A stretch of 64,000 nt of DNA. Source: a virus. Position numbers and translations under genes: made by a program. The notes beneath the pieces are model-generated. The model ran no database searches. It was not told the origin of the DNA and saw nothing but the letters and a program-made list of their open reading frames with translations. This document shows, in pieces, positions 38,667 through 48,990 of this stretch. Where the stretch lies: positions 1-64,000 of the IMG/VR virus record IMGVR_UViG_3300023184_009074. One strand, given 5' to 3'. Each line of letters opens with the position of its first letter. Within the stretch, counting starts at the first letter, position 1.

Positions 38667-39245
38667 TTATGCTTTAAATGTTGGCATTATGAAATTAAAT
38701 TTAATTTCAATTAATCCTTCTTTATTTTTTAACTTATTAAAATTATTAATTATATCTAAAATTTTATCGCTAACTTTTATGTTTCTTATAAATTCTGAGA
38801 ATTTTATAGTTTGACCAAAAATTTCTATATTGCAATCTGAGAATTTTTCAAAATATACATTTTTAATAGAATTGTTCATAAGTTTATCGAAAATATGTAC
38901 TTCTGTAGGTAAGCCAAAATCATCAGTTATTTTTACGAGTGCAATTCTTTTATCTATTTCATCATGTATTTTTTTATGTACAATCGTATTGTTTAATCCA
39001 AAGCTATCTCTGATTAAAATAGTACCGCTTATTGCATAACCAGTCTTTACTATTGTTAAATTTCTATCTAGCTTAACTTCTACACTTTCTTTTACTTGTT
39101 TTTGAGGTTTTTGTAGAAAATTATTTTCTGCGTTTGCTACTAAAGCAGGTATTGGTTTTTCTACAGGTAAGTCTCCGTCTATGTATTCCATAAAATACCT
39201 GAAAGAAAAATATTTTTTATTATTTTGTTTAAACGAATGATTCAT
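38667..39245 (-). CDS. hypothetical protein, probably late-expressed
   Basis: TAAATA-N4-ATG; FSFRYFMEY CTS-like motif near the N-terminus. Confidence 0.7.
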   Translation of the reverse strand: MNHSFKQNNKKYFSFRYFMEYIDGDLPVEKPIPALVANAENNFLQKPQKQVKESVEVKLDRNLTIVKTGYAISGTILIRDSFGLNNTIVHKKIHDEIDKRIALVKITDDFGLPTEVHIFDKLMNNSIKNVYFEKFSDCNIEIFGQTIKFSEFIRNIKVSDKILDIINNFNKLKNKEGLIEIKFNFIMPTFKA

Positions 39246-39288
39246 ATATTATTTAGTTGCGATTATTAATATTTAAAATAAATTTTGA

Positions 39289-40002
39289 TTAATTTACATT
39301 CTGTTTGGCAGTATTTATTAATTGTTTTCTTTCTTTTTCTCTTCTTCTTTTTTCTCTTCTTTTTAAAATCTCTTTGTCTCTTTTTAATTTATAAATTTCA
39401 GGATTAAGCCATATTTCTTTTCCAATTCTATTGTATTGAAAGAAAATATAATTATCTTGTTCTCTTACTGCTCCTCTTTTCAGTTTAACTGTTATGTTGC
39501 TCATAATAGTTTGTTTTTTTTTCTTTGATTTTAAATATCTCTTTGCGTAGGTAATTCTTAGTGATTCTTTTTTTTCTTTAAGTTTTTTTTTGTTTCCAAA
39601 AAAGCACTTGTTTCCAACTTTGTGAATTACAAACAAATTTGGATTATCTGGATTTTGATCACCAAATTTCAAATTTTTTACTGGCAGATCAGAGCATCGT
39701 TTTACATATTCTTTCCTTCTTAAGTCTTGTCTTTTCCTGAATTTATCTAAAAAAACCTTGCTTCTCCATACTTCTTTGCCAGAACTTGAAATTCCTATAA
39801 AATATAGATTTTTTCTATGATCATAATCACCAATACTTTTATGTTCTTTTTTTAATTTTTTATAAAGCTCCAAGCATTTCTTAACATAAATTTTTCTTTT
39901 AATTTCTCTATTTTCGTATTGTTCTTTAGTTAACCATAGCTGCATGCCTTTTTGCATTCTTGCAAAAATTTTTCCGTCTTCTCTAACAGTTCCTCTTTTC
40001 AT
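39289..40002 (-). CDS. basic repeat protein, putative nucleic-acid binding
   Basis: About four repeats of (K/R)xG...F.....GKE.W. Confidence 0.7.
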   Translation of the reverse strand: MKRGTVREDGKIFARMQKGMQLWLTKEQYENREIKRKIYVKKCLELYKKLKKEHKSIGDYDHRKNLYFIGISSSGKEVWRSKVFLDKFRKRQDLRRKEYVKRCSDLPVKNLKFGDQNPDNPNLFVIHKVGNKCFFGNKKKLKEKKESLRITYAKRYLKSKKKKQTIMSNITVKLKRGAVREQDNYIFFQYNRIGKEIWLNPEIYKLKRDKEILKRREKRRREKERKQLINTAKQNVN

Positions 40003-40039
40003 TATATTATCTCTAATAATTGCTTCTTTTTAAAATAAC

Positions 40040-40074
40040 AAAACCCCTCTTAACATTAAATTAAAAGGGGTTTT
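40040..40074 (-). terminator. intrinsic terminator
   Basis: aaaacccctcttaa/ttaaaaggggtttt stem downstream of the 40096 gene. Confidence 0.7.
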
Positions 40075-40095
40075 AAATCAAGAATTAAATATGGT

Positions 40096-40977
40096 TTATT
40101 TTCCTAAAATATAATCAATAAAATTTAAACCAAGTTGAAATGTTGGTTTATCAAGGAATTTATAATCTCTTTTGATTTTTTCTAAAACTTGAGAATCTCT
40201 AATTGTTGATTCTAAGTCTTGGCTAACAACATTTTCTGTAATAATCTTAAATTCTGTTTTTGCAATTGTATCTCTGTATTTTCTTAAAGGGAAGAAATGC
40301 TTATTTACTTTTATTTGATTTGGTTTTTTGCCTAAAAATTCTTCTAATTCATTTTCAAGCAAAGCAATGTGAAGGAAGGCTTTATTGCATTCATTATAAA
40401 GATGACCACCATGTCTTGAAGTCCAAGGATGCATTCTTACATAAAGTTTTCCTTGAGGAGACAATACTTCTTTGATTTTATTGAAAACATCAACTTCTGA
40501 TTCATTTTCTAAATGATCAAAAACATCATACATTAAAATAATATCATAAGGGCCATTTTTTTCAACTACCGACCAATCTGTAGTAAACGATTCTGGATTT
40601 TTTTCTTTTAAGGAAGGACAGAAGGTATCTTTTATGTCATATCCTAAAGAATAAGATGCTTTGTTATCATCTGCTGCAATAGCAATGTGTCCTTCTCCAC
40701 ATCCAAAATCAAGAAATTTTTTATTTTTAATATTCTCTTCAATGTAAAGATCAAGAACACTATTTGCTCTTTCGAATTTATCTTCTTCAGAAGCTGCATC
40801 ACAAATCATTGATGGATCAACTGCTTCAGGCCAAAGAGGATTTCTTAAATCTTCCAGCGTCAAATAATATGCTGCTGAATTTTTTTGATTTGGAAGGAGA
40901 AGATTTACTTTATTGTTAATTTCTTCAATTTTATCTTGAAGAATCTTTATTTCTTTGATTAAATTTTCATTGTTCAT
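40096..40977 (-). CDS. class I SAM-dependent methyltransferase
   Basis: FLDFGCGEG, YDIILMYDVFDHL, LSPQG. Confidence 0.88.
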   Translation of the reverse strand: MNNENLIKEIKILQDKIEEINNKVNLLLPNQKNSAAYYLTLEDLRNPLWPEAVDPSMICDAASEEDKFERANSVLDLYIEENIKNKKFLDFGCGEGHIAIAADDNKASYSLGYDIKDTFCPSLKEKNPESFTTDWSVVEKNGPYDIILMYDVFDHLENESEVDVFNKIKEVLSPQGKLYVRMHPWTSRHGGHLYNECNKAFLHIALLENELEEFLGKKPNQIKVNKHFFPLRKYRDTIAKTEFKIITENVVSQDLESTIRDSQVLEKIKRDYKFLDKPTFQLGLNFIDYILGK

Positions 40978-41029
40978 AGTATTCTATAATAATTATCATT
41001 TTTATTTTTTAAAAAGAAAATTGGGAAAA

Positions 41030-42655
41030 ATGGCAAAATATTTTGTTGTTGTAGGCGGTGTCTTTAGTGGTATTGGAAAAGGAATATCTATTGCATCCAT
41101 TGGATATTTGCTTTCTTTGAGAAGTTTAAAGGTTATTCCAATAAAATTTGATCCATATTTAAATACAAATGCTGGGATTCTTGCTCCAAGAGAACATGGA
41201 GAAGTATTTCTTTGCAACGATGGCAGCGAAACAGACTTAGATTTAGGTCATTATGAAAGAATAATTGGTTGCCAAGTTTCTAAAAACAACATTTGTACCA
41301 GTGGAACTATTTATAAAGAAATTATAGAAGAACAAGAAGAAGGCAAGTATCTTGGTGAGACTGTTCAAATAATTCCTCATGTAACAAATAAAATCATTGA
41401 AAAATTAAAAAACCTAGGAAAAGACAACGATGTTGTGTTGGTTGAAATTGGTGGTACGGTAGGAGATATTGAAAGTGGCCCTTTCATGGAAGCAATTAGG
41501 CAATTTAAGCGAAAAAACCCAGACGATGTAATTGTTGCTTTGTGTGCTCCTATTTTATGGGTTCCTACAATAAAAGAATTTAAAACCAAGCCTTTGCAGC
41601 AAGCTGTGCAAACAATGCAATCTTGTGGCTTGCAACCTGAAGTTTTGTTGTGCAGAGCAGAGAAAGAAATTCCTTCTAAGATACTTGATAAAATTAGTGC
41701 TTTGACAAATGTTCCAAAAGATGCTGTATTTGAAGCACTAGATGTTAAATCAATTTATCAAGTTCCAATTGAATTTTATAATAGGCATGTAGATGATTTG
41801 ATTATTGATAAATTTCACTTGCCTAGAAATGGGTTAAGAATTCACAAATATAAAGATTTGGTTGAAAAGTATGTTAATTGCGATGATTTAACTTCTGTTA
41901 AAATAGGAATTTTAGGAAAATATGATAATTGTGATGAAGCTTATTTAAGTTTAAAAGAAGCAGTCTTCCATGCTGGTGTAGCTGCTAATGTTAAAGTTGA
42001 AATTGAATGGATATCAGCACAAGAAATTGAACAGATTAAGGATAATAAAGCTTTTTGTAAAATATTTGATTCTATTGATGGATTAATTGTGCCTGGTGGT
42101 TTTGATTCAAAAGGAATTGAGGGAAAAATAAAAGGCATTTCTTGCGTAAGAAATAAAAAAATTCCTTTTTTGGGAATATGCTTGGGATTGCAATGTGCTG
42201 TAATTGAATTTGCAAGACATGTAGGTCTTGAAACTGCTAATTCACAAGAATTTGACCCAGATACAAAATACCCTGTTGTACATTTTATAGCTGGACAAGA
42301 AAAACTAAAGAAAAAATCTTCCAACATGAGACTTGGTGCTTTTGATTGTGATATAACAAAAGATTCATTGGCATTTGATCTTTATAAAAAGAAAACAATA
42401 TCTGAAAGGCATAGACACAGATACGAAGTTAATGATTTATTAATTGATGAAAAGTTTTACAAAGAAGGCTTTAGAATTACAGGAAGATATTTAGAATCAA
42501 ATTTAGTAGAGATAATTGAAATAGACAAAGAAATTCATCCCTTTTTTATTGCAACTCAAGCACATCCTGAATTCAAAAGTAGATTAACATCGCCATCTCC
42601 TTTATTTTTAGGTTTAATAGAAGCTGCTAAAAAGAAAAAAGAAGTTAATATATAG
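41030..42655 (+). CDS. pyrG: CTP synthase
   Basis: GGVFSGIGKG, KFDPYLN, DLDLGHYER, EIGGTVGDIE, KTKP, GICLG, RHRHRYE, HPE; start moved to MAKYF. Confidence 0.97.
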   Translation: MAKYFVVVGGVFSGIGKGISIASIGYLLSLRSLKVIPIKFDPYLNTNAGILAPREHGEVFLCNDGSETDLDLGHYERIIGCQVSKNNICTSGTIYKEIIEEQEEGKYLGETVQIIPHVTNKIIEKLKNLGKDNDVVLVEIGGTVGDIESGPFMEAIRQFKRKNPDDVIVALCAPILWVPTIKEFKTKPLQQAVQTMQSCGLQPEVLLCRAEKEIPSKILDKISALTNVPKDAVFEALDVKSIYQVPIEFYNRHVDDLIIDKFHLPRNGLRIHKYKDLVEKYVNCDDLTSVKIGILGKYDNCDEAYLSLKEAVFHAGVAANVKVEIEWISAQEIEQIKDNKAFCKIFDSIDGLIVPGGFDSKGIEGKIKGISCVRNKKIPFLGICLGLQCAVIEFARHVGLETANSQEFDPDTKYPVVHFIAGQEKLKKKSSNMRLGAFDCDITKDSLAFDLYKKKTISERHRHRYEVNDLLIDEKFYKEGFRITGRYLESNLVEIIEIDKEIHPFFIATQAHPEFKSRLTSPSPLFLGLIEAAKKKKEVNI

Positions 42656-42658
42656 ATT

Positions 42659-43042
42659 ATGGATAATTTTAAAGAATTTATATTAAATGAAAGCAAACAA
42701 TTTTTTGCCACTCAATGTGGCGACATTTTAAATGCTATTCAAAATCTTGAAGAAGAAGCAGACTATATTGGGACAAGAAATCTTGTAAGATATAGTCAGA
42801 ATATTGCAAATAACATTAGAAATTTAATTCATTCTCATTGGAGTGATGATTTAAGTGATAATTTAAAACAATTGCAAACTATAGGAGTTGCAATATTAAA
42901 ATCAATAGAAGAATCATCTGAATTGCTAGAAACAATTAAATCTGCAAGGGCATCTTTAGAAGAACTGGTTAAAAAACTTGGCGTACCAATTAACAATGTT
43001 GGAATACCAGAAAAAGAATCCAAACCTCAAGAAGCAGAATAG
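42659..43042 (+). CDS. hypothetical protein with a CTS-like N-terminus
   Basis: MDNFKEFILNES; TATATA-N4-ATG. Confidence 0.75.
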   Translation: MDNFKEFILNESKQFFATQCGDILNAIQNLEEEADYIGTRNLVRYSQNIANNIRNLIHSHWSDDLSDNLKQLQTIGVAILKSIEESSELLETIKSARASLEELVKKLGVPINNVGIPEKESKPQEAE

Positions 43043-43045
43043 ACA

Positions 43046-43864
43046 ATGTGTGGAATAAGTGGTTTTATTGGAACTTCTAGTAACAAGTCTTTGTCTTTTG
43101 AATTATTAAGTAATTTGTTCAATAATTTACAAATAAGAGGAACGGATGCTTCTGGTTATTATGCTTATTCAAGCAATAATCAAGTTTACTACCATAAACA
43201 AAAAGGCAAATCTTCAGAAATTATTAATTCTAAAGAATGGAAAGACTTAAAAGATTTAAGCTTTAATTTATTTTTATTACACACAAGAAGAACATCATCA
43301 AACTCAGGTTCTTCAGAAAACAATATAAACAATCATCCATTTGTAAATCAAGATAAGACCATAGCTTTGGTTCATAACGGAATTATTAACAGTAATGATT
43401 TTAAAAAATTAAAATCATTTTTAAATGTAAGTTCTGATTGCGATTCTGAAATATTATTAAGCTTTTTATTAGAAAAGAAATTTGAAAATGAAGATTATTT
43501 TTACAAAAGACTTGAAAGGTTAAATGAACTTTTGTTTTTTATTAAAAACAGTGAATATGCTTTTGTGTTTTCAGATTTACTAAAAGATAAAATTGGCTTA
43601 TGGTTAGTTAAAAATGATAAAAGACCATTGTATATTATTGATTTAAAAGAATCTTTGAATCAATATTTTTTTGTATCTACAATAGAAATTTGGCAAAATT
43701 CAATAAGTAATATTAAAAATATTAATAAACTACTTGGAAATTATAATATAATAAATATACCTGAGTTTTCTATTGTAAATTTAACTTACGAAAATTCATT
43801 TTTTAATAAAATCGGATTTCGTTTTAATAATTACGAATTTAAAGAAAAAGAATTTTTCTATTAG
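43046..43864 (+). CDS. class II (Ntn) glutamine amidotransferase
   Basis: MCGISG, RGTDASG, HTR, NNHPF, HNGII, DSE. Confidence 0.9.
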   Translation: MCGISGFIGTSSNKSLSFELLSNLFNNLQIRGTDASGYYAYSSNNQVYYHKQKGKSSEIINSKEWKDLKDLSFNLFLLHTRRTSSNSGSSENNINNHPFVNQDKTIALVHNGIINSNDFKKLKSFLNVSSDCDSEILLSFLLEKKFENEDYFYKRLERLNELLFFIKNSEYAFVFSDLLKDKIGLWLVKNDKRPLYIIDLKESLNQYFFVSTIEIWQNSISNIKNINKLLGNYNIINIPEFSIVNLTYENSFFNKIGFRFNNYEFKEKEFFY

Positions 43865-43871
43865 GAGCAAA

Positions 43872-44405
43872 ATGAATGAAGATTGGGAAAATGATTACGA
43901 GGTTGATGATATTTTGAAAAATGAAAAAAAATCAAAAAAAGTAAATGGTAATAGTAAAGGTAAAAGAACTGAAAGATCTTTGGCGAACATCTTGAATAAA
44001 AGATTTACCAGTGGGTTTAGTCGTACAGTAGGCTCTGGAAATCGTTGGGCACAAGTAAAAAACTTACCTCAACACGCAAAGGATACTTTGACAGGCGATT
44101 TGTGCTGTCCTGAAGGATTTAAGTTTGTAATTGAATCTAAAGGTGGTTATTCAAAAGTTGATTTAAACAACATATTTGACAAGGGAAACTCTGAGCTAGA
44201 TGAGTTTATCGAGCAAGTTTCTAAAGACTCAGAAAGATGTGAAAAAAAGCCATTGTTAATATGGAAGAAAAATCATAAGCCTTGGCTTGCTTTTGTAAAG
44301 AGTCAAGATTTAGAAGGCGAGTATCAATATAAAATTATTTACAGAGATTGGGTTGTCGTCCCATTAAAAGAACTTCTTGAACTACCAGATAGTTACTTTT
44401 TTTAA
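43872..44405 (+). CDS. Holliday junction resolvase-like PD-(D/E)XK nuclease
   Basis: SKGKRTER, SG, GDL, IESK, PLLIWK. Confidence 0.82.
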   Translation: MNEDWENDYEVDDILKNEKKSKKVNGNSKGKRTERSLANILNKRFTSGFSRTVGSGNRWAQVKNLPQHAKDTLTGDLCCPEGFKFVIESKGGYSKVDLNNIFDKGNSELDEFIEQVSKDSERCEKKPLLIWKKNHKPWLAFVKSQDLEGEYQYKIIYRDWVVVPLKELLELPDSYFF

Positions 44406-44413
44406 GTATAAAA

Positions 44414-45046
44414 ATGAATATAGGAATATTATTAGCTGCTGGCAAAAGCTCAAGATTTAATAGTAAAATCCCAAAGCAATTGTATGAGATTGATGAAAAG
44501 CCAATTATAAGCTATTCATTTGAAGCAATGAGAGATTGCTTGGATGATATATTAATTGTTACAAATAGCTTGTGTTACAAAAAAATTAAAAACATTTATC
44601 CTAAAACAAAAATAGTTATAAATAATAAAGATTGTAGGTTGGAGTCTTTAAAAATAGCAATTAATAATATTAAAGGAGATGTTGAAAACATAGTAATACA
44701 CGATGCAGCTAGACCATATATAAAATCTAATAATATAAAAGAGCTTGTGGAAAAGTCAAAAACTAATATGTATTCTCAATATTATTTGAAATTAACAAGT
44801 GGATTAGTTGAGAAAAATATCAATGGGTATGATGTTGTGGATAGAAACAATTTTATAGAATTATGTACTCCAAAAATTATTGACTATCATTTGTTTAATT
44901 TTTTATTTAATAAATATATTTATCCAAAAAACAGGATAACATGCGAAGTTCTTCCTTTGATGAATAAATTTAATATAACGCATTGTTTAATAGAAGGATC
45001 GAATAAATATTTAAGAAAAATTACAACTATAGATGATATTTATTAA
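44414..45046 (+). CDS. IspD/TarI-family cytidylyltransferase
   Basis: LLAAGKSSRF...PKQ, IHDAARP, KITTIDD. Confidence 0.88.
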   Translation: MNIGILLAAGKSSRFNSKIPKQLYEIDEKPIISYSFEAMRDCLDDILIVTNSLCYKKIKNIYPKTKIVINNKDCRLESLKIAINNIKGDVENIVIHDAARPYIKSNNIKELVEKSKTNMYSQYYLKLTSGLVEKNINGYDVVDRNNFIELCTPKIIDYHLFNFLFNKYIYPKNRITCEVLPLMNKFNITHCLIEGSNKYLRKITTIDDIY

Positions 45047-45050
45047 TGCA

Positions 45051-45788
45051 ATGAAAAAAATACCAGTCGTAATATGGATGTATCATACTGAACTATGGAA
45101 TGAATTTTTACAGTTACTTATTAAAAACAAGAATTATTTATATCCAGTTGTTGGGCTGCACAAAGATAATGATAATAAAATTATTATAAAATCAATCAAA
45201 GAAAACTTCGATGAATTTAATATTGATTATTATGATAATTACGGCAAAGACATAGGTCCATTTTTATATCAAATACAAAAAATAGAATCTCCTTTTTTTA
45301 TAAAGATACATTCTAAAAAGTCTAAATTAATTTTTGACGAATCTATTAATTGGAGAGAATTACTTGTAAATGATCTTTTGGGAGAGGCTCTTTTGTCCAA
45401 TATAAAAACTTTAAGTTCAGATAAGATACTTCTGCCTTGGAAAAAGATTGGAAACAATGACATCGGATTAATTGCCAACAGAAGATTTATAACAAGCAAC
45501 CATGAATATAAAAACAAAGAAAAAATAAAACAAATTTGTAGCATAATTAACATTGATTACGAAAAACTTAAAAATGGTAGATTTATTAGCGGAACTATGT
45601 TCATGAGCAGAACTGATATATTTAAGAAATACTTTAATTATATTACTCTTCCAAAAATTATAAAATTAATAAAACATGAAACAGGTGATGTAAAGGATGC
45701 AGTATTTGGAACATTTACTCATGCACTTGAAAGAATATTTGGATATATTATAACAAACGAAGGGATGAGAATAACTTCCCCTAACTAA
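45051..45788 (+). CDS. RgpF-like (rhamnan synthesis F) domain protein
   Basis: NYGKDIGPF, KIHSKKS, WR, FISGTMF, HALERIFG. Confidence 0.82.
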   Translation: MKKIPVVIWMYHTELWNEFLQLLIKNKNYLYPVVGLHKDNDNKIIIKSIKENFDEFNIDYYDNYGKDIGPFLYQIQKIESPFFIKIHSKKSKLIFDESINWRELLVNDLLGEALLSNIKTLSSDKILLPWKKIGNNDIGLIANRRFITSNHEYKNKEKIKQICSIINIDYEKLKNGRFISGTMFMSRTDIFKKYFNYITLPKIIKLIKHETGDVKDAVFGTFTHALERIFGYIITNEGMRITSPN

Positions 45789-47523
45789 TATTGTTTAAAA
45801 ATGTAGTAATTAATTGCAATTTATTGTTTCTATCTACAACACCAGATAATCTAGTGTTTAATACATCTAAGTATTTGATAAAATTATTTAAATTATTTGT
45901 ATTATCAATTAAATCTTTAAATTCAGCTAATCCGTAATCTACAAAAGTTATTTTTTTATTTAACACTAGTATATTTTGAAGTCTAAATTCTGGATAAAAA
46001 ATACCATTGTTTGTTAATTCATTAAATATATCTGTTATTTGCATTCGCCAATCTTCAGGCAAGTTAAAATTATCATATAAAGATTCTCCACAATAAGACA
46101 TCTTTATTGTTTTGTTTTCTGTATCAAAACTTATTAATTTTGGTACATTATTTAAATTTTTTATTTTTTTTAATATGTTTAATTCTTTTGTAAATATATC
46201 TAAGGAATTTTCATGACCTTCTACTATCCATCTTAATTTATCATTGTATTTTTTAACTACAATATTATTTTTAGGAAGTAAATAAACATGTGCAGTTGAC
46301 CCAAATCCATAAGCTTTTAATTCTTCATTAAATTCATTGTCAATAGTATTGTGATATTTAAAATTTTCAATAGTATATAAAAATATACTTATTAAATTAA
46401 CAGATTCTGATTCATCTTTAATTCCTTTTTTACTACATTGTAAAAAGAATCTCATACTTTCTAACATTTCAATGTATGCTGGAAAATCAATATATTCATT
46501 GATGTTTATTTTATAATCTTCCTTGTTTTGGTTGTGTTCTTCAAAAGAATTTGGATTATGATGTAGTACATATTCATATAAAATATCATACATTAAATTT
46601 AACAATAGTATTTTATTTCTTTCAGCATTATCAGACAAAATATTATCAATAAAAAAACCAAGACTATTTTCTATTTTTTTAATTCTTTCTCTAATTGGTT
46701 CGTAGTGAGGAGAATTAAATATAACATGCAGATTGTTTTGTGTGTTTGTTGATATATTTTTTTGATATACTGTTTCTTGAATATTATAAATATTTAATTT
46801 TTTGTGTAAGTTAGATATTAAAACATCGACCTGATCTGTAATTGGATAAAGATTTTCAAACAATGTAGGAATGCATTTGTGATTTATGATGTAAAAATGT
46901 GTAGAGTGAAATTCATCGTCAAATTTATACCAAATATTATTGTATATTTTATTTTTAGAACAAGCATTTAGCATTAAAATATCCCAATCATCTGGTATTT
47001 CTTTAATGTATTTCTGAATGTTTTCTGTGTTTGCCACAGAGATATCATCTTCTGTTATTATTGTATAATCTTTAAAATTAGTATAACCATATATCATGCT
47101 TCTTAAGTGAGAAATATAACATGCCAAAGGACCATCTTGAATGTGTATGTTATCATCGTTTATTTTTGAAAACTCATCTATTTCTAATGGCTTTAATTCT
47201 ATTTTAGGATTAAAATCTGAAAGAAATTGCAAGACAAACGATAAATCATTTATTAGCTGTTCTTTGTTTTTCCAATAAGTTGCTTTTAAGTGGGAAAAAT
47301 TATTTAAAGATATTTTTTTAAATTCATTTATTGTACTTTCGTATCTTTTACAATCTTTTTCAAGATTTATCATGATGCAATTCATATCAATTTTTTTTTT
47401 AAATAAATGATCTTCTATAATTTCTTTAATGTTGATTTTTTTATCTGACAAATTACTTGCATATTCTTCATATTGGAATCTTTTAACATCTACTCCTATT
47501 AATCTTTTGTCTTTATTGTTCAT
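45781..47523 (-). CDS. GT25-like glycosyltransferase fused to a protein-kinase-like domain
   Basis: INLEK..KR, ACYISHL, IITEDD, WDILML, STHFY; C-terminal GFGSTAHV, VVK, E, QNILV, DYG. Confidence 0.8.
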   Translation of the reverse strand: MNNKDKRLIGVDVKRFQYEEYASNLSDKKINIKEIIEDHLFKKKIDMNCIMINLEKDCKRYESTINEFKKISLNNFSHLKATYWKNKEQLINDLSFVLQFLSDFNPKIELKPLEIDEFSKINDDNIHIQDGPLACYISHLRSMIYGYTNFKDYTIITEDDISVANTENIQKYIKEIPDDWDILMLNACSKNKIYNNIWYKFDDEFHSTHFYIINHKCIPTLFENLYPITDQVDVLISNLHKKLNIYNIQETVYQKNISTNTQNNLHVIFNSPHYEPIRERIKKIENSLGFFIDNILSDNAERNKILLLNLMYDILYEYVLHHNPNSFEEHNQNKEDYKININEYIDFPAYIEMLESMRFFLQCSKKGIKDESESVNLISIFLYTIENFKYHNTIDNEFNEELKAYGFGSTAHVYLLPKNNIVVKKYNDKLRWIVEGHENSLDIFTKELNILKKIKNLNNVPKLISFDTENKTIKMSYCGESLYDNFNLPEDWRMQITDIFNELTNNGIFYPEFRLQNILVLNKKITFVDYGLAEFKDLIDNTNNLNNFIKYLDVLNTRLSGVVDRNNKLQLITTFLNNIS

Positions 47524-48218
47524 TTTAAATCCTTGGTTTTTAATAGTTCATGTGAATTAATTGTTGTAACATCATTTATTACTTCTTCTGTCTTATGAGA
47601 AAAAGAGCTTGACTTAAATTTTTTCATATAATTTGGCCCGTAATTCATTAGTAAAAACTTATTTGGATTTTTAGGAATAAATGTTTTAATACCCAAAAAA
47701 TCTACCATTTTAAATGGTAAAAAATCATTTGCATTCCATGTTTTTTGGAAAAAAATTATTGATTTTTTATTAGATTCATATGTGAATAAATCAACAAATG
47801 GCCAACAATACTTTTTTCCTTTTAATGCATATTGCTTCCAATATTTAACCCGTGAATTTTCTAATATTTCACTTCCTTTTGAATAACAAAATTTTGTTGT
47901 TTCTTTTTTGTCTTTATGGAAAATATTAATACTACTATATTTTTTTGAAATATCATAAATTTTTTTAGAAATAGTATCATCTACTAATAAGTCAATGTCA
48001 TCATCCCAAGGTATAAAACCATTGTGTCTAACATATCCTAGAAGAGTGCCAGAAATCAAACAATGATTTATTTCAAAATCTTTTAGGATAGCAATAGTTT
48101 TTTCTAATAATTTAATTGCTGTTTTTTCATGCTGTCCGAAGCCATTATTTTTGTTGAAGTGGCTTTCAACAATTTTTTTTGAAATTGTTTTATGGTTTTT
48201 ATTTTTAAAATTTTCCAT
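47520..48218 (-). CDS. licD: LicD/fukutin-family phosphotransferase
   Basis: SGTLLGYVRHNGFIPWDDDIDL, VDLF, P....L...YG. Confidence 0.9.
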   Translation of the reverse strand: MENFKNKNHKTISKKIVESHFNKNNGFGQHEKTAIKLLEKTIAILKDFEINHCLISGTLLGYVRHNGFIPWDDDIDLLVDDTISKKIYDISKKYSSINIFHKDKKETTKFCYSKGSEILENSRVKYWKQYALKGKKYCWPFVDLFTYESNKKSIIFFQKTWNANDFLPFKMVDFLGIKTFIPKNPNKFLLMNYGPNYMKKFKSSSFSHKTEEVINDVTTINSHELLKTKDLK

Positions 48219-48230
48219 GTTTATTTATTT

Positions 48231-48971
48231 TTAATTGTAAACTTGCAATGATTGTCTGTCGCTAATATAAACACTATCACCAAAATCAAGTTCAAACCAT
48301 ACATCGTATATTGCTATGTCTAAATCTGTTGTATCAAGCATGTAATATCCGTATAGTTTTTCTCTGTAATCCATATCTGCCTTTTCAACAATCATTCTCA
48401 AGTCTGTCTCACAAGGCAGACAAGTCCCAGTTCTTTGTTCAATACTAATTTTTAGATTACCTCTAATAGCTAAATTTTCATAATATCTTTGAAGATCAGT
48501 ACCCTTTGGCACATTTGGCGTTATTTGAGCAATTAGATATTGTTTAGAACCTTTGCGTAGTCTGTTTGGTCTGAATTGGAATGAGAAATCATAAACAAGC
48601 GGAATAGGTGCAGTATAAAAAAGATCAGGGTAAATTTGAAATACATTAGTTACATTTGCAGGATCTTCTTCATTTTCAAATATAACATTCCAAACATCAA
48701 AGTAATAACCAATTGTGTAGGCTGGAGCAGAAGTTGTTAAATTTAAAAGATATTTACCTATGCTTTCTTTGGTTACATCTTCACCTTTTATTCTTTCTAC
48801 TAAATAGCTTTCGTTTGGATTTGTAATATCAGATGAAGTGCTATTTACTTTATAAATATCAATATAATTAATGGTGTTGATATCTGCAAAGTTATTTGAG
48901 TTATATACAAATAATCTAAGTTTAATATCATCTCCAACTACAGGATTTTGATATCTTTCTTTTATTGGCAT
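48231..48971 (-). CDS. putative virion structural protein
   Basis: Beta-rich internal duplication (LTT...GYYFDVW / LDT...IYDVW); TAAATA-N4-ATG; tail-gene context. Confidence 0.6.
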   Translation of the reverse strand: MPIKERYQNPVVGDDIKLRLFVYNSNNFADINTINYIDIYKVNSTSSDITNPNESYLVERIKGEDVTKESIGKYLLNLTTSAPAYTIGYYFDVWNVIFENEEDPANVTNVFQIYPDLFYTAPIPLVYDFSFQFRPNRLRKGSKQYLIAQITPNVPKGTDLQRYYENLAIRGNLKISIEQRTGTCLPCETDLRMIVEKADMDYREKLYGYYMLDTTDLDIAIYDVWFELDFGDSVYISDRQSLQVYN

Positions 48972-48990
48972 AATTTATTTACCTGCTTAA

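Noticed and set aside
40955-41029. N-terminal extension of CTP synthase from TTG 40955
   Set aside because: It overlaps the divergent gene, and PyrG homology begins at MAKYF (41030).
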